From assembly GCA_020849855.1 (NCBI GenBank), contig JADZFO010000027.1, positions 2,585 to 66,584 of the forward strand: a DNA stretch of 64,000 nucleotides, written 5' to 3'. The position numbers were made by a program, and so were the translations under genes. Below, piece after piece: positions 28,885-37,608 of the stretch. The stretch comes from a bacterium. GTDB taxonomy: Bacteria; 4484-113; JAFGCY01. Positions within the stretch are counted from its first letter, which is position 1. Each line of letters opens with the position of its first letter. The notes below the pieces were generated by a model, which was given only the letters and a program-made list of their open reading frames with translations, did not search any database and had not been told where the DNA came from.

Positions 28885-29070
28885 CTGCTCATTCAGACTC
28901 ACCCCTCAGCCCAAACCCTGCCTTTTACTCGTGGCGATGCTTTTCGTCGGGAGCTTGGCACAGCTGGCCGAAACGACAATTGCTGGCAGGAAACCAGTTC
29001 AGAAGTGCCTGAGTATCTTCCCTGTATCAGGTGCGTTAACCGCCAATTGTCACCATAAAACCGACAATCT

Positions 29071-29101
29071 GCACCAGCTCAGGTGCAGCCTGGTGTTTTT
29101 T
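29071..29101 (+). terminator. Rho-independent terminator-like hairpin followed by T6.
   Basis: gCACCAG-ctcaggtgcagc-CTGGTG followed by tttttt, about 190 nt downstream of tRNA-Leu. Confidence 0.4.
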
Positions 29102-29147
29102 CGCACTGACGCCGCAGGCCTTTGTCCTGTCAAGTTAGAATCGAAAA

Positions 29148-29597
29148 GTGATCAGTGATGGTGTCACAAAGGCAATCCGAGATGCTGTAATGCGCGGCAT
29201 TGGCCTCTTCGGTTCGCAGGACAGGCTGGCCGAAGCATCCGGCCTGCACCGCAACACCATTTCCCGCTGGTCACGCGGCGATCTGAAGGAACCTGAGCTG
29301 ATCAAGATCATCAGGCTCTTTGAAGTCACTGACAGCGACCTGAATGATCTGAAGACGAAGGCAGAGCCTGCGCCGGCTGCAAGCCCGGAGCTTCGGCTGC
29401 TGGAGGAGATCCGCAGCGGCCTGATAGCCCTGCTTGATGAAAGGCGCAGTTCCGCCGCTGCCGGCAGGGAGACCGAAAGCGGAAATGACGAAGGGGCCTT
29501 CAGTCTGCCGAAGCTGAGTGAGTGGATAAGCAGTTTCGAAGAAAGGTCGAGGGCATCCGGCACTGAGACCACACGCAGGGGAGGACAGGAGGGCTGA
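29148..29597 (+). CDS. Helix-turn-helix (XRE-like) DNA-binding protein in a low-GC islet.
   Basis: The segment LAEASGLHRNTISRWSRGD is a typical HTH_XRE turn-recognition helix. GTG start at 29148, with an alternative ATG at 29190. GC is about 50% against about 68% genome-wide. Confidence 0.45.
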   Translation: MISDGVTKAIRDAVMRGIGLFGSQDRLAEASGLHRNTISRWSRGDLKEPELIKIIRLFEVTDSDLNDLKTKAEPAPAASPELRLLEEIRSGLIALLDERRSSAAAGRETESGNDEGAFSLPKLSEWISSFEERSRASGTETTRRGGQEG

Positions 29598-30541
29598 TGG
29601 ACTCCAGACTTGAGGATGCACTCACCCATTCGATGCAGAGCCCCGAGGACCTGATTGCCTTCGGAGCTGAGCTGAACGTTGTCTTCTTCAAACTGATGTA
29701 TGCCTGCAAGGTGGAGGAAGCCTGGGCCGTGGCAGCTCGTTACGGCCGGCTCTTCCGCGAGGCCCCAGAGCGCTTCCGTGCCGATCCATGGAATACACGC
29801 CTGGCCTTTCAGCTCTGCCTGATGGAGTCTGTCGGAGCTTACTTCATGGCCAGACTGAACATGTACGAACGCGCTTTGCAGTCGAGCGAGAAGGCTCTGG
29901 ATCTGGTCAGACTGCGTTTCGACTATGCCGCAGCCAGGGGTGAGCGGCCCGGCTGGAGCCAGCCGCGCTGCTACATCCTCGGGGCGCTGGGGACCGTGAA
30001 GTGGCTGAAGCCTGAATTGCGGGATGAGGTGCTTGAACCTGCCCAGATACTGCAGGAGTGGGATGAATGCCTCGAAGCCTACGCTGGGCACAGTAACGAG
30101 ATCTTGAAGCAGTCCCAGCGTACCCTGATGGTGCTTGCCTTCAACTCAGTGATGCGCTCAGCCGTGTTTCACAAGGTGCTCAGCCTGGAGCAGTACAACG
30201 AGAAGGCACTCGAAGCCCGCAGGGTACTGCTGATCGACTTTCCCAGCTATCCGCCGCCGGACCCTGACAAGCTGGGACTCTCCATGCTGCATCACTACTA
30301 CTACTACGACAGCTGTTTCATGCTGGAGGCCTGCTCTCCGGAACCTTGTCACAGAAGGCTGCGTGGGTATATGGACCTGAACTTCCGTACCTGCAAGGCG
30401 CTCGGCGCGGCCATGGGCCAGCCAGAGATGGGTGATTTTGTTAAGCGCGACTGCAATAACGAGTATCGGGTGGTCCTTGGACGCCTAGGTCTGAAGACCG
30501 GCGAAGCCAGGGAAATGGAAGAACTCAGCCTGGCAAGCTGA
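29597..30541 (+). CDS. Hypothetical 314-aa protein, alpha-helical with no recognisable motif, translationally coupled to the HTH gene.
   Basis: Its ATG overlaps the HTH gene stop (TGATGG). Low-GC composition. Contains Cys/His/Tyr-rich patches (HHYYYYDSCFMLEACSPEPCH). Confidence 0.4.
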   Translation: MDSRLEDALTHSMQSPEDLIAFGAELNVVFFKLMYACKVEEAWAVAARYGRLFREAPERFRADPWNTRLAFQLCLMESVGAYFMARLNMYERALQSSEKALDLVRLRFDYAAARGERPGWSQPRCYILGALGTVKWLKPELRDEVLEPAQILQEWDECLEAYAGHSNEILKQSQRTLMVLAFNSVMRSAVFHKVLSLEQYNEKALEARRVLLIDFPSYPPPDPDKLGLSMLHHYYYYDSCFMLEACSPEPCHRRLRGYMDLNFRTCKALGAAMGQPEMGDFVKRDCNNEYRVVLGRLGLKTGEAREMEELSLAS

Positions 30542-30762
30542 ACTGACTAAGTGCTTACCTTGGCAGGTTAGCAGACCGGAACAGAGCCGGTAGGCGGCTA
30601 TAGTCGCAGTCTGAATGCTCTGTCAAGGGCGTCAAGTCCTTGGCAGCTGCAGCATGGGTGGGGTGGGCCTTACTGGCTTGCCCCGCCCGTGTGCAGGCCT
30701 GATCCACAGCCACCATAAAGCGCTCGCGCAAAGCCGGATTCGACTTGCAGGGGGGGATAAAG

Positions 30763-30835
30763 TGGGCCGCGAAGGATTCGAACCCTCGACCAAGTGATTA
30801 AGAGTCACCTGCTCTACCAGCTGAGCTAGCGGCCC
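30763..30835 (-). tRNA. tRNA-Lys (anticodon CTT).
   Basis: The reverse complement folds as GGGCCGC acceptor, AGCTCAGCTGGTAGAGC D-arm, anticodon stem GGTGA / TCACT with loop CTCTTAA, and T-arm GAGGG-TTCGAAT-CCTTC. No encoded CCA. Confidence 0.8.
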
Positions 30836-30901
30836 GCAGGACGGAGATTGTACGGCGCAGGGCGAGCTAAGTCAAGCCGGTTCTGCTAAACTCACTGGTT
30901 C

Positions 30902-33900
30902 TTGTTCACAGCTTGGAAAAACCTCGCCGCTCGATTTGATGTGGCACTCGATGCCCTGGGCTCTGACTACCCCGCCCGGGTCACGGATCTGCGCGCCAGC
31001 AGCCTCTTCTTCTTCGCGCTCCATTTGCAGCAGCGCTCCGGCCTGCCGCTGCTGCTGGTGACCGAAACCACAGCCCGCGCAGCCCGGATGCAGCAGTTCC
31101 TGGTGGCGGCTGAGCGCCTGATCAATGAACGCGAGCCGGCCGGGTATGAGTTCGCCGTCTTCCCGGATTTCGAGCCGCAGAACCTCTTTGAGTACTTCGA
31201 CCCGCCGCTGGAACTGCTGGAGGCCCGTGGCGCAGTGCTGGACTCGCTGCGGCCCGGCAGCCCGCGGCCGCCGCGCGTAATTGTCACCAGCTACAAGGCC
31301 CTGTTCCGGATGGTGCCGGAGCCGGAGGCCTTTTTCCGCCAGCACCTGGATCTGGCGCCCAGCGCCGGTCCGGCGCCAGCCGGCTCCCAGCGCCGCATCA
31401 GCCGCGATGAGCTGGCGCGCCAGCTGGAGCTGCTGGGCTACCGCCAGGTCTCCACGGTTACCGCACTGGGCGAGTACGCCCTGCGCGGCGGCCTGGTGGA
31501 TGTCTTCCCGGTGGGCGAAGAGCTGCCCCTGCGCGTGGATCTCTTTGGCGACGAAATTGAGAGCATCCAGCGCTTCAGCCCCGAGACGCAGCGCAGCACC
31601 GAGCCGGCCGAGAGCCTGCGCATCCTGCCAATCGCGCTTGAGACCGCGCATCTGCGCCAGCGCGAAGTGCAGGAGTGGCTGCGCGAACGCTGGGACGATT
31701 ACCGACAGAACTACCGCGAGCAGCTCAGCCGCAGCGCCTATGACCGCCTGATCGAGGTGGTTGAGCAGGACCTCGAGCTGCTGGCTGCCGGTGGCAGCAC
31801 CCCGCGGGCCGGCTGGTATTACCAGGCGACCTGCAGCAACGGCGCCACCCTCTGGGACTACCTGCCGGAAGGCGCGCCGGTGCTGGTGCATGAAGACGGC
31901 TTTGTGGACAGCGAGACCAGCAGCTACTTCCGCTTCTGGCAGAACCGCTTCAGCGACTGGCTGTCCTCCGGCCTCAGCTTCCTGCGCCTGGAGGACAACT
32001 ATGTCCTGCCGGCGGCGGGCATTGTGGAGACCATGCAGGAGCTGGCCCGCGGCCGCTTTACTTCCGCAGGCCTTGAGGGCGAGGAAGAAATCCAGGTGCC
32101 CGCAGTGCATGCGCTTTTCAGCCACGCCTTTGGCCTGACCGTGCAGGATGGCCTGCCGCACGCCAGCGTGGGCCTGGACAATCCCCCTGCAGCAAAGTGG
32201 GGCACGGCCAGGATCGTTGAAACTGTGCGGGCCTTCCCCAGGCTTACGGCCGCACCGGGCGGACTGGGCCATGGCGCGCAGGCCGCGCGGATCACCCGCA
32301 TCGACCGCCCGCTGACGGTACTGACGCAGTTCAGCGCCCGCCTGCGCGAGCTGCTGCATGATGAGCAGCTCTATCCCGAGATCGACAACGCCATCCTTCC
32401 CGGCGGCTTTGTGGTGCCAGGTGCAGGTGCCGGAGCAGACCGGGCCGGACACGGCGCCACCCTGGCCGATGCAGAGGGCCTGTCAGCCGCCGCCCGGATG
32501 GACTGGACCGTTATCACCGATGTTGAGATCTTCGGCGAAATAGCGGAAGTGGCCGAGGCGCCGCCAATTAAGCGCTACCGCGGCGAGTCCGTACGCCGGC
32601 CGGATGAGCTGAACCCCGGCGACTATGTTGTGCACATCGACTATGGCATCGGCCGCTTTGCCCAGCTCACCGACCGCAACCAGAGCGGTGTCACCAAGAG
32701 CTATGTCGAAGTGGAGTATGCCGGCCGCGACCGCCTTTTTGTGCCGGTTGAGCAGCTCGACCGCCTGCGGCGCTACAGCTTTGACGGCAGCACGCCGCAG
32801 CTTAACAACCTCGGCCGCGAGCAGTGGAAGAAAACCAAGGAGAAAGTAGCAGCCGAGACACTCGAGCTGGCCAAGAAGCTGCTGGCCCTGTATAAGACCC
32901 GCCAGGTGCGCTCCGGCCACGCTTATGTCCAGCACACCACCTGGGAGGACGAGTTCGCCGAAGGCTTCCCCTATGAGCTGACCGGCGACCAGATGTCGGC
33001 CTGGCGGGATGTCGAGCAGGACATGGAGAGCCCGCGACCGATGGACCGCCTGCTCTGCGGAGATGTGGGCTTCGGTAAGACTGAGATTGCTATGCGCGCG
33101 GCCTTCAAGGCCTGTGTGGACGAGCGTCAGGTGCTGGTGCTCTGCCCAACCACGGTCCTGGCCGACCAGCACTTCCATACCTTCACCCAGCGTTTCAGGC
33201 CCTTCCCCTTCCGCGTTGGTATCCTCAGCCGCTTCCAGGGGCCCAAGGAGCAGAAGGAAACTGTGGAGATGGTGAAGGACGGCCGCCTTGATGTGCTGAT
33301 CGCCACCCACCGCGGCCTGAGCAAGGATGTCGAGTTCAAGCGCCTGGGCCTGATGGTGATCGACGAAGAGCAGCGCTTTGGCGTCAAGCAGAAGGAAAAG
33401 CTGAAGATGCGCTTCCCGCTGGTCGACGTGCTGGCGATGAGCGCCACACCGATCCCGCGCACCCTTCATATGAGCCTGATCGGCCTGCGCGATATCAGCC
33501 TGATCGAGACCGCCCCGGTGCAGCGCAAGCCGGTCAAGACATATGTTGGCGAGTACGACAACATGCTGGTGCGCGAGGCCCTGCTGCGCGAGCTGGGCCG
33601 CGGCGGCCAGGTTTACTACCTGCATAACCGCGTCCAGGACATCGAGCGGGTTAAGGCACACCTTGAGTACCTCGTGCCCGGCGAGAAGATCATCATCGCC
33701 CACGGCCAGATGAAGGACGAGCGCCTGGAAGAGGTGATGCACGCCTTCAGCCTTGGCGCCTACAAGATCATGCTGGCCACCACGATCATCGAGAACGGCC
33801 TGGACATCCCCAGTGTGAATACGATCATCCTCGACCACGCCGAGAACCTCGGCCTGGCCCAGATGCATCAGCTCCGCGGCCGCGTGGGCCGCTCCAGCCT

Positions 33901-34636
33901 GCAGGCCTATGCCTACTTCTTCCACGACCCGCAGCGGGTGCTGACGGAGGAAAGCCAGAGCCGCCTGCACGCCATTTACAACTATGCCTATCTCGGCGCG
34001 GGCTATGAGATCGCCCAGAGCGACCTGCGCATCCGTGGCGCGGGCAACCTGCTGGGCGCGGAGCAGAGCGGTCTCGCCAAGGCGGTCGGTTTCGAGTATT
34101 ACTGCGAGATGCTGGCGCGCACCATCCGCGACATCAAGGAGCTCTCGGACGCCGGCCTTGATGCGATGGAGGAGCTGCCTACGATGGAGGAGCGGCCCGG
34201 CACGCAGATCGACCTGCCACTGCCCTGCTTCATTCCGGCGGATTACATCGACGACCCGGTGCTGCGCCTTGAGGTGCTGCGTGACCTGGCGGCGCTGGAG
34301 AGTGACCAGGCGGCCGAGGACTTTGAGCTCTCGCTGCTGGATCGCTTCGGCGAGCTGCCACAGCAGGTCGGCAACCTGCTGCTGGTGATCCGGCTGCGCA
34401 ACCTGGGCAGCCAGCTGGCCCTCGAGCGCGTGGCCTACAACCGCGCCAAGGACAGCTTCACGCTGAAGTTCTTCGACAGCGAGCGCGACTGGTTCAAGCG
34501 TTCAGTGCTGCTGGACAGCCGCTTCTCACCGGCGGGCCCGCAGCTGCTTGAGCTTAAGCTGGAGTTCAAGGGCATCAAGAGCGCAGAGGAACTGCACGAG
34601 ACCCTCAGCGGCCTGCTGCAGCTGCGGCCGAAGTAG
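30902..34636 (+). CDS. mfd: Transcription-repair coupling factor.
   Basis: 1244 aa. Contains the GDYVVHIDYGIGRF motif, DEAD-box helicase motifs (GDVGFGKTEIAMRAAF, DEEQRFG) and the TRCF C-terminal domain. The start codon (TTG at 30902) is uncertain. Confidence 0.9.
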   Translation: MFTAWKNLAARFDVALDALGSDYPARVTDLRASSLFFFALHLQQRSGLPLLLVTETTARAARMQQFLVAAERLINEREPAGYEFAVFPDFEPQNLFEYFDPPLELLEARGAVLDSLRPGSPRPPRVIVTSYKALFRMVPEPEAFFRQHLDLAPSAGPAPAGSQRRISRDELARQLELLGYRQVSTVTALGEYALRGGLVDVFPVGEELPLRVDLFGDEIESIQRFSPETQRSTEPAESLRILPIALETAHLRQREVQEWLRERWDDYRQNYREQLSRSAYDRLIEVVEQDLELLAAGGSTPRAGWYYQATCSNGATLWDYLPEGAPVLVHEDGFVDSETSSYFRFWQNRFSDWLSSGLSFLRLEDNYVLPAAGIVETMQELARGRFTSAGLEGEEEIQVPAVHALFSHAFGLTVQDGLPHASVGLDNPPAAKWGTARIVETVRAFPRLTAAPGGLGHGAQAARITRIDRPLTVLTQFSARLRELLHDEQLYPEIDNAILPGGFVVPGAGAGADRAGHGATLADAEGLSAAARMDWTVITDVEIFGEIAEVAEAPPIKRYRGESVRRPDELNPGDYVVHIDYGIGRFAQLTDRNQSGVTKSYVEVEYAGRDRLFVPVEQLDRLRRYSFDGSTPQLNNLGREQWKKTKEKVAAETLELAKKLLALYKTRQVRSGHAYVQHTTWEDEFAEGFPYELTGDQMSAWRDVEQDMESPRPMDRLLCGDVGFGKTEIAMRAAFKACVDERQVLVLCPTTVLADQHFHTFTQRFRPFPFRVGILSRFQGPKEQKETVEMVKDGRLDVLIATHRGLSKDVEFKRLGLMVIDEEQRFGVKQKEKLKMRFPLVDVLAMSATPIPRTLHMSLIGLRDISLIETAPVQRKPVKTYVGEYDNMLVREALLRELGRGGQVYYLHNRVQDIERVKAHLEYLVPGEKIIIAHGQMKDERLEEVMHAFSLGAYKIMLATTIIENGLDIPSVNTIILDHAENLGLAQMHQLRGRVGRSSLQAYAYFFHDPQRVLTEESQSRLHAIYNYAYLGAGYEIAQSDLRIRGAGNLLGAEQSGLAKAVGFEYYCEMLARTIRDIKELSDAGLDAMEELPTMEERPGTQIDLPLPCFIPADYIDDPVLRLEVLRDLAALESDQAAEDFELSLLDRFGELPQQVGNLLLVIRLRNLGSQLALERVAYNRAKDSFTLKFFDSERDWFKRSVLLDSRFSPAGPQLLELKLEFKGIKSAEELHETLSGLLQLRPK

Positions 34637-34678
34637 GGCGTCGGATCTTCAGGCTGTGCAGATACCACGAGGCAGCCC

Positions 34679-35716
34679 CTAGCGGCTGACGAAGCGCTGC
34701 ATCTGCATAGGCGTGAAGGGCTCGATGTACGCCGCCTGCTCGCCCTTGAAGATCTCCTCGATCAGGTCCATGGCGCCCTTGGCATGCTCAAAGGGCACCA
34801 GTCGCAGCGAGAGGGCACCAGTGTCATCCAGCAGCGATGGCCCCAGCAGGACGATGGTCTTTCCCACGCCGTCCAGGATGCCCGCAGGGCAGGGTGTGCT
34901 GCTCAGTCCGGGCGGGGCACTATCGGGCTGGAAGCCGCAGACAACAATCGCCTCGGCCTCCTTTTGCTCGCGCAGCTGCTTGTGCAGCATCTGCCAGCTG
35001 TCGATCGCCGGCGGGGGTTCGAGGCTGCCCGAGCCGGGCTTAAGCAACTCAAGCTGATCGCGGAACTGCTCACGCTGGGCCTGGCCCGCCGTGCTGGCGT
35101 CGGACAGCAGGGCCAGTGAGGCCGCCTCCGGGTGGTCGCGCCAGATTTCCGAGATGATGTTGGGCAGGCTGTAGCGTTGATAGACGCCAGTCACCTGGCG
35201 CTTGCCGTCGTAGTAGAAGTCCCGCTCGCCGACCGTTCCGCTGAAGACAATCGGCAGCTCTGCCGGCAGTTCTCGGCCGATCATGAACTGGGCCTGGTCG
35301 CCGTCCAGCCAGACGATATCCGGCTTGAGTGCGACTATCCAATTGCGGGCTTCTTCACCCAAGACCTGCTGGCTCAGCAGGTCGGCCACGCCGCTCAGGC
35401 CGCACAGGGCAATGGAGAGCTTCACACGCTGGCCCCGGAACATGGCCTCGTAGGGCCCGTAGACATCCAGATGGCCCGATTGGCTGTAACTCTTCCAGGG
35501 GTCAATGCCCAGCTCGTTGCCAATGCTGCCGATCATCTCGCTGGCCCAGGGGTCGCTTTCCGTCGCGTCGAAGACCACGGCAATATTGCGCAGCTTCGTA
35601 CTGGTTCCGGCAGGGCTGTCCTTGCTGCTTCCTGCTGTGCTGTCCTGTGCTTTGTTACAGGCACCGAGCAGAAGCAGCGCCGGCAGGACGAAGGTGAGGA
35701 TGAAACGGCATGGCAT
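34679..35716 (-). CDS. Lipoprotein of unknown function.
   Basis: Signal peptide with lipobox (LLLLGACNK). 345 aa. Confidence 0.45.
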   Translation of the reverse strand: MPCRFILTFVLPALLLLGACNKAQDSTAGSSKDSPAGTSTKLRNIAVVFDATESDPWASEMIGSIGNELGIDPWKSYSQSGHLDVYGPYEAMFRGQRVKLSIALCGLSGVADLLSQQVLGEEARNWIVALKPDIVWLDGDQAQFMIGRELPAELPIVFSGTVGERDFYYDGKRQVTGVYQRYSLPNIISEIWRDHPEAASLALLSDASTAGQAQREQFRDQLELLKPGSGSLEPPPAIDSWQMLHKQLREQKEAEAIVVCGFQPDSAPPGLSSTPCPAGILDGVGKTIVLLGPSLLDDTGALSLRLVPFEHAKGAMDLIEEIFKGEQAAYIEPFTPMQMQRFVSR

Positions 35717-35747
35717 AAGGCGCGGATTGTAGCGGCTGGCGGACGCC

Positions 35748-37037
35748 TCAGCCAGTGCCGGTCAGCTCCCGCAGCTCGGCGAGGCTGGCCGAGCGCGGCC
35801 GCATGATCGGACTGCCCAGCGCGCGGTTCAGCACCAGCTGGGCCAGCATGCCTATCGACAGGCCCAGCCCGAACATCACGGTGTAGTAGCGCAGCTCTGT
35901 CAGGCCATAGTGGTGCAGCAGCGGCCCGGTGATGGCGTCCACGTTCGGGTGGATGCTCTTCGCCTTGCCTGCGCTGGCCAGCACTGCCGGGCCGATGCGG
36001 TAGTAGTGGTCGGCTGTCGCATAGAGGGGGTCAACGCTGATGTGCTCGGCCGCAAAGCTGTGCAGGGCGACGAAGCGCGGGTCGGCGGCGCGCAGCACTG
36101 CATGGCCAAAGCCCGGCAGCACCCGGCCGGCGGCCAGGGTCTGCTGGCAGTAGTCCTCGATCTGCCCTTCGCTGGGTGCCGAGCCGTAATGCTTGTGCAT
36201 GGCCAGCACAAAGCGCAGGGTCATCTCCGAGGCCAGGCCGTGAATAGGGCCAGCCAGGGCATTCAGGCCGGCGCTGATGCTGTAGCAGGCGTCGCTATGC
36301 GCGCTGCCCACTGTGTGGCAGGCCAATGCGCAGGCGTTGGAGCCTTCGTGGTCGCAGTGGAGAACGAAGTACAGGCGCAGCAGATCGGCAAAGGCTGCTG
36401 CGGCCGGCGGGCTGTGGGTCAGGCTCAGCATGGCCGCGAAGCGCTCGCTCCAGGATCCCTCCGCGGGGCTGTCGGCCCAGGCCTGGGCGCGGCCCTGGTC
36501 GCGGTGCCAGACGGCGGCGGCCAGTACCGGCAGGCGCGCCAGCAGGTCCAGCGCGTCCTCCAGCGTGGCGCGCCAGAGGCTCTCCTTGCCCAGCTCGTGA
36601 TAGTCGCGCGCTTGGCGCGAGCTGCGCTGCAGGCTCAGGGTCAGCAGGCTGAAAAGCACCATCGGATGGGAGTCGGGTGGTGCACTGGCCAGCACCGACC
36701 AGGCATAATCCGGCACCCGCGCCCGGCTGGCCAGCTCGGCGCGCAGCCACTCCTTCTGCGCCTTATCCGGGTACTCGCCGCAGAGCAGCAGCCAGAAGAC
36801 CTCCTCCACGCCCAGCCCGGTCAGCTCACGCACCGGCCGGCCGCGAATGATCAGGCCGCGCTGCGGGTCCACCACCGAGGTATCGCAGATCACACCGATG
36901 ACGCCGCGCAGGCCGCCATAAACCTGGCCCAGGCTGACCGCGCAAAGCTCAAGCTCGGCATGCTGCGCCAGCATGGCGCTGCGTTCGCTGCGCAGCCCTG
37001 GCAGCAACTGGGCCAGTCTGTCGTGCAGAAGAGTCAC
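35748..37037 (-). CDS. Citrate synthase family protein.
   Basis: Has the citrate-synthase signature residues LHCDHEGSNAC and GFGHAVLRAADPRF. GTG start. Confidence 0.75.
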   Translation of the reverse strand: MTLLHDRLAQLLPGLRSERSAMLAQHAELELCAVSLGQVYGGLRGVIGVICDTSVVDPQRGLIIRGRPVRELTGLGVEEVFWLLLCGEYPDKAQKEWLRAELASRARVPDYAWSVLASAPPDSHPMVLFSLLTLSLQRSSRQARDYHELGKESLWRATLEDALDLLARLPVLAAAVWHRDQGRAQAWADSPAEGSWSERFAAMLSLTHSPPAAAAFADLLRLYFVLHCDHEGSNACALACHTVGSAHSDACYSISAGLNALAGPIHGLASEMTLRFVLAMHKHYGSAPSEGQIEDYCQQTLAAGRVLPGFGHAVLRAADPRFVALHSFAAEHISVDPLYATADHYYRIGPAVLASAGKAKSIHPNVDAITGPLLHHYGLTELRYYTVMFGLGLSIGMLAQLVLNRALGSPIMRPRSASLAELRELTGTG

Positions 37038-37110
37038 GGCAAGATTGTACGGCGCAGGCTGGGGACGCTATCTCGCGATTCGCATGTCTGCCGCGCGGGC
37101 GAAGGCCGCG

Positions 37111-37608
37111 CTAAGTACTGGCTTCGAAATCCACCAGCAGGTCGCCAGGCATCACCCGGTCGCCCTGGGCCTTGCGAAACGCGCTCACCACGCCGTCAGC
37201 GGGAGCGAGGATCTCATGCTCCATCTTCATTGCTTCAAGGATCAGCAGGGGCTGGCCCTTGTGTACCTGCGCTCCGGGCTCAACCAGCAGCGCCAGCACC
37301 TTGCCGGGCATGCGGCTCACCAGATCCCCGCCGCGCTCAGCGCCGGCCTCTGATCCATCCGCGCCGGGCTCGATGCTGCGAAAGACCATGCGCCGGCCCT
37401 CGATCCAGAGCTCAAAGCCGCCGGCGTTGCTGAGCACAAAGGCGCTGACCCGCCGGCCCTCCCAGATGAAGCTCAGCTCTCCTGCTTCCTGCTGCAGCTC
37501 TGCCAGCTTCAGTTCGCGGCCGTCCAGGCTGAGCAGCATACTGCCGTCAGTGCTGCGGCGCAGGGACAGCTCCCGCTCTTCGCTTCCGTGCGCGTATCTG
37601 CGGCTCAT
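37111..37608 (-). CDS. Biotin carboxyl carrier / BT-BCCP C-terminal module of a biotin-dependent acyl-CoA carboxylase alpha subunit.
   Basis: Biotinyl-lysine motif EAMKMEH inside a PMPGKVLALLV...GDLLVDF lipoyl/biotinyl fold. The N-terminal ~90 aa resemble the BT domain of MCC/PCC alpha. Its ATG overlaps the stop of the biotin carboxylase gene (ATGA). Confidence 0.7.
   Translation of the reverse strand: MSRRYAHGSEERELSLRRSTDGSMLLSLDGRELKLAELQQEAGELSFIWEGRRVSAFVLSNAGGFELWIEGRRMVFRSIEPGADGSEAGAERGGDLVSRMPGKVLALLVEPGAQVHKGQPLLILEAMKMEHEILAPADGVVSAFRKAQGDRVMPGDLLVDFEAST

Noticed and set aside
30731-30762. A possible degenerate direct repeat of the tRNA-Lys 3' end (aagccggattcgacttgcag against ggattcgaaccctcg), which would be an att-site remnant for the low-GC islet.
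   Set aside because: Only the 8-nt core ggattcga matches and the flanks diverge. That is too weak to call an attachment site.
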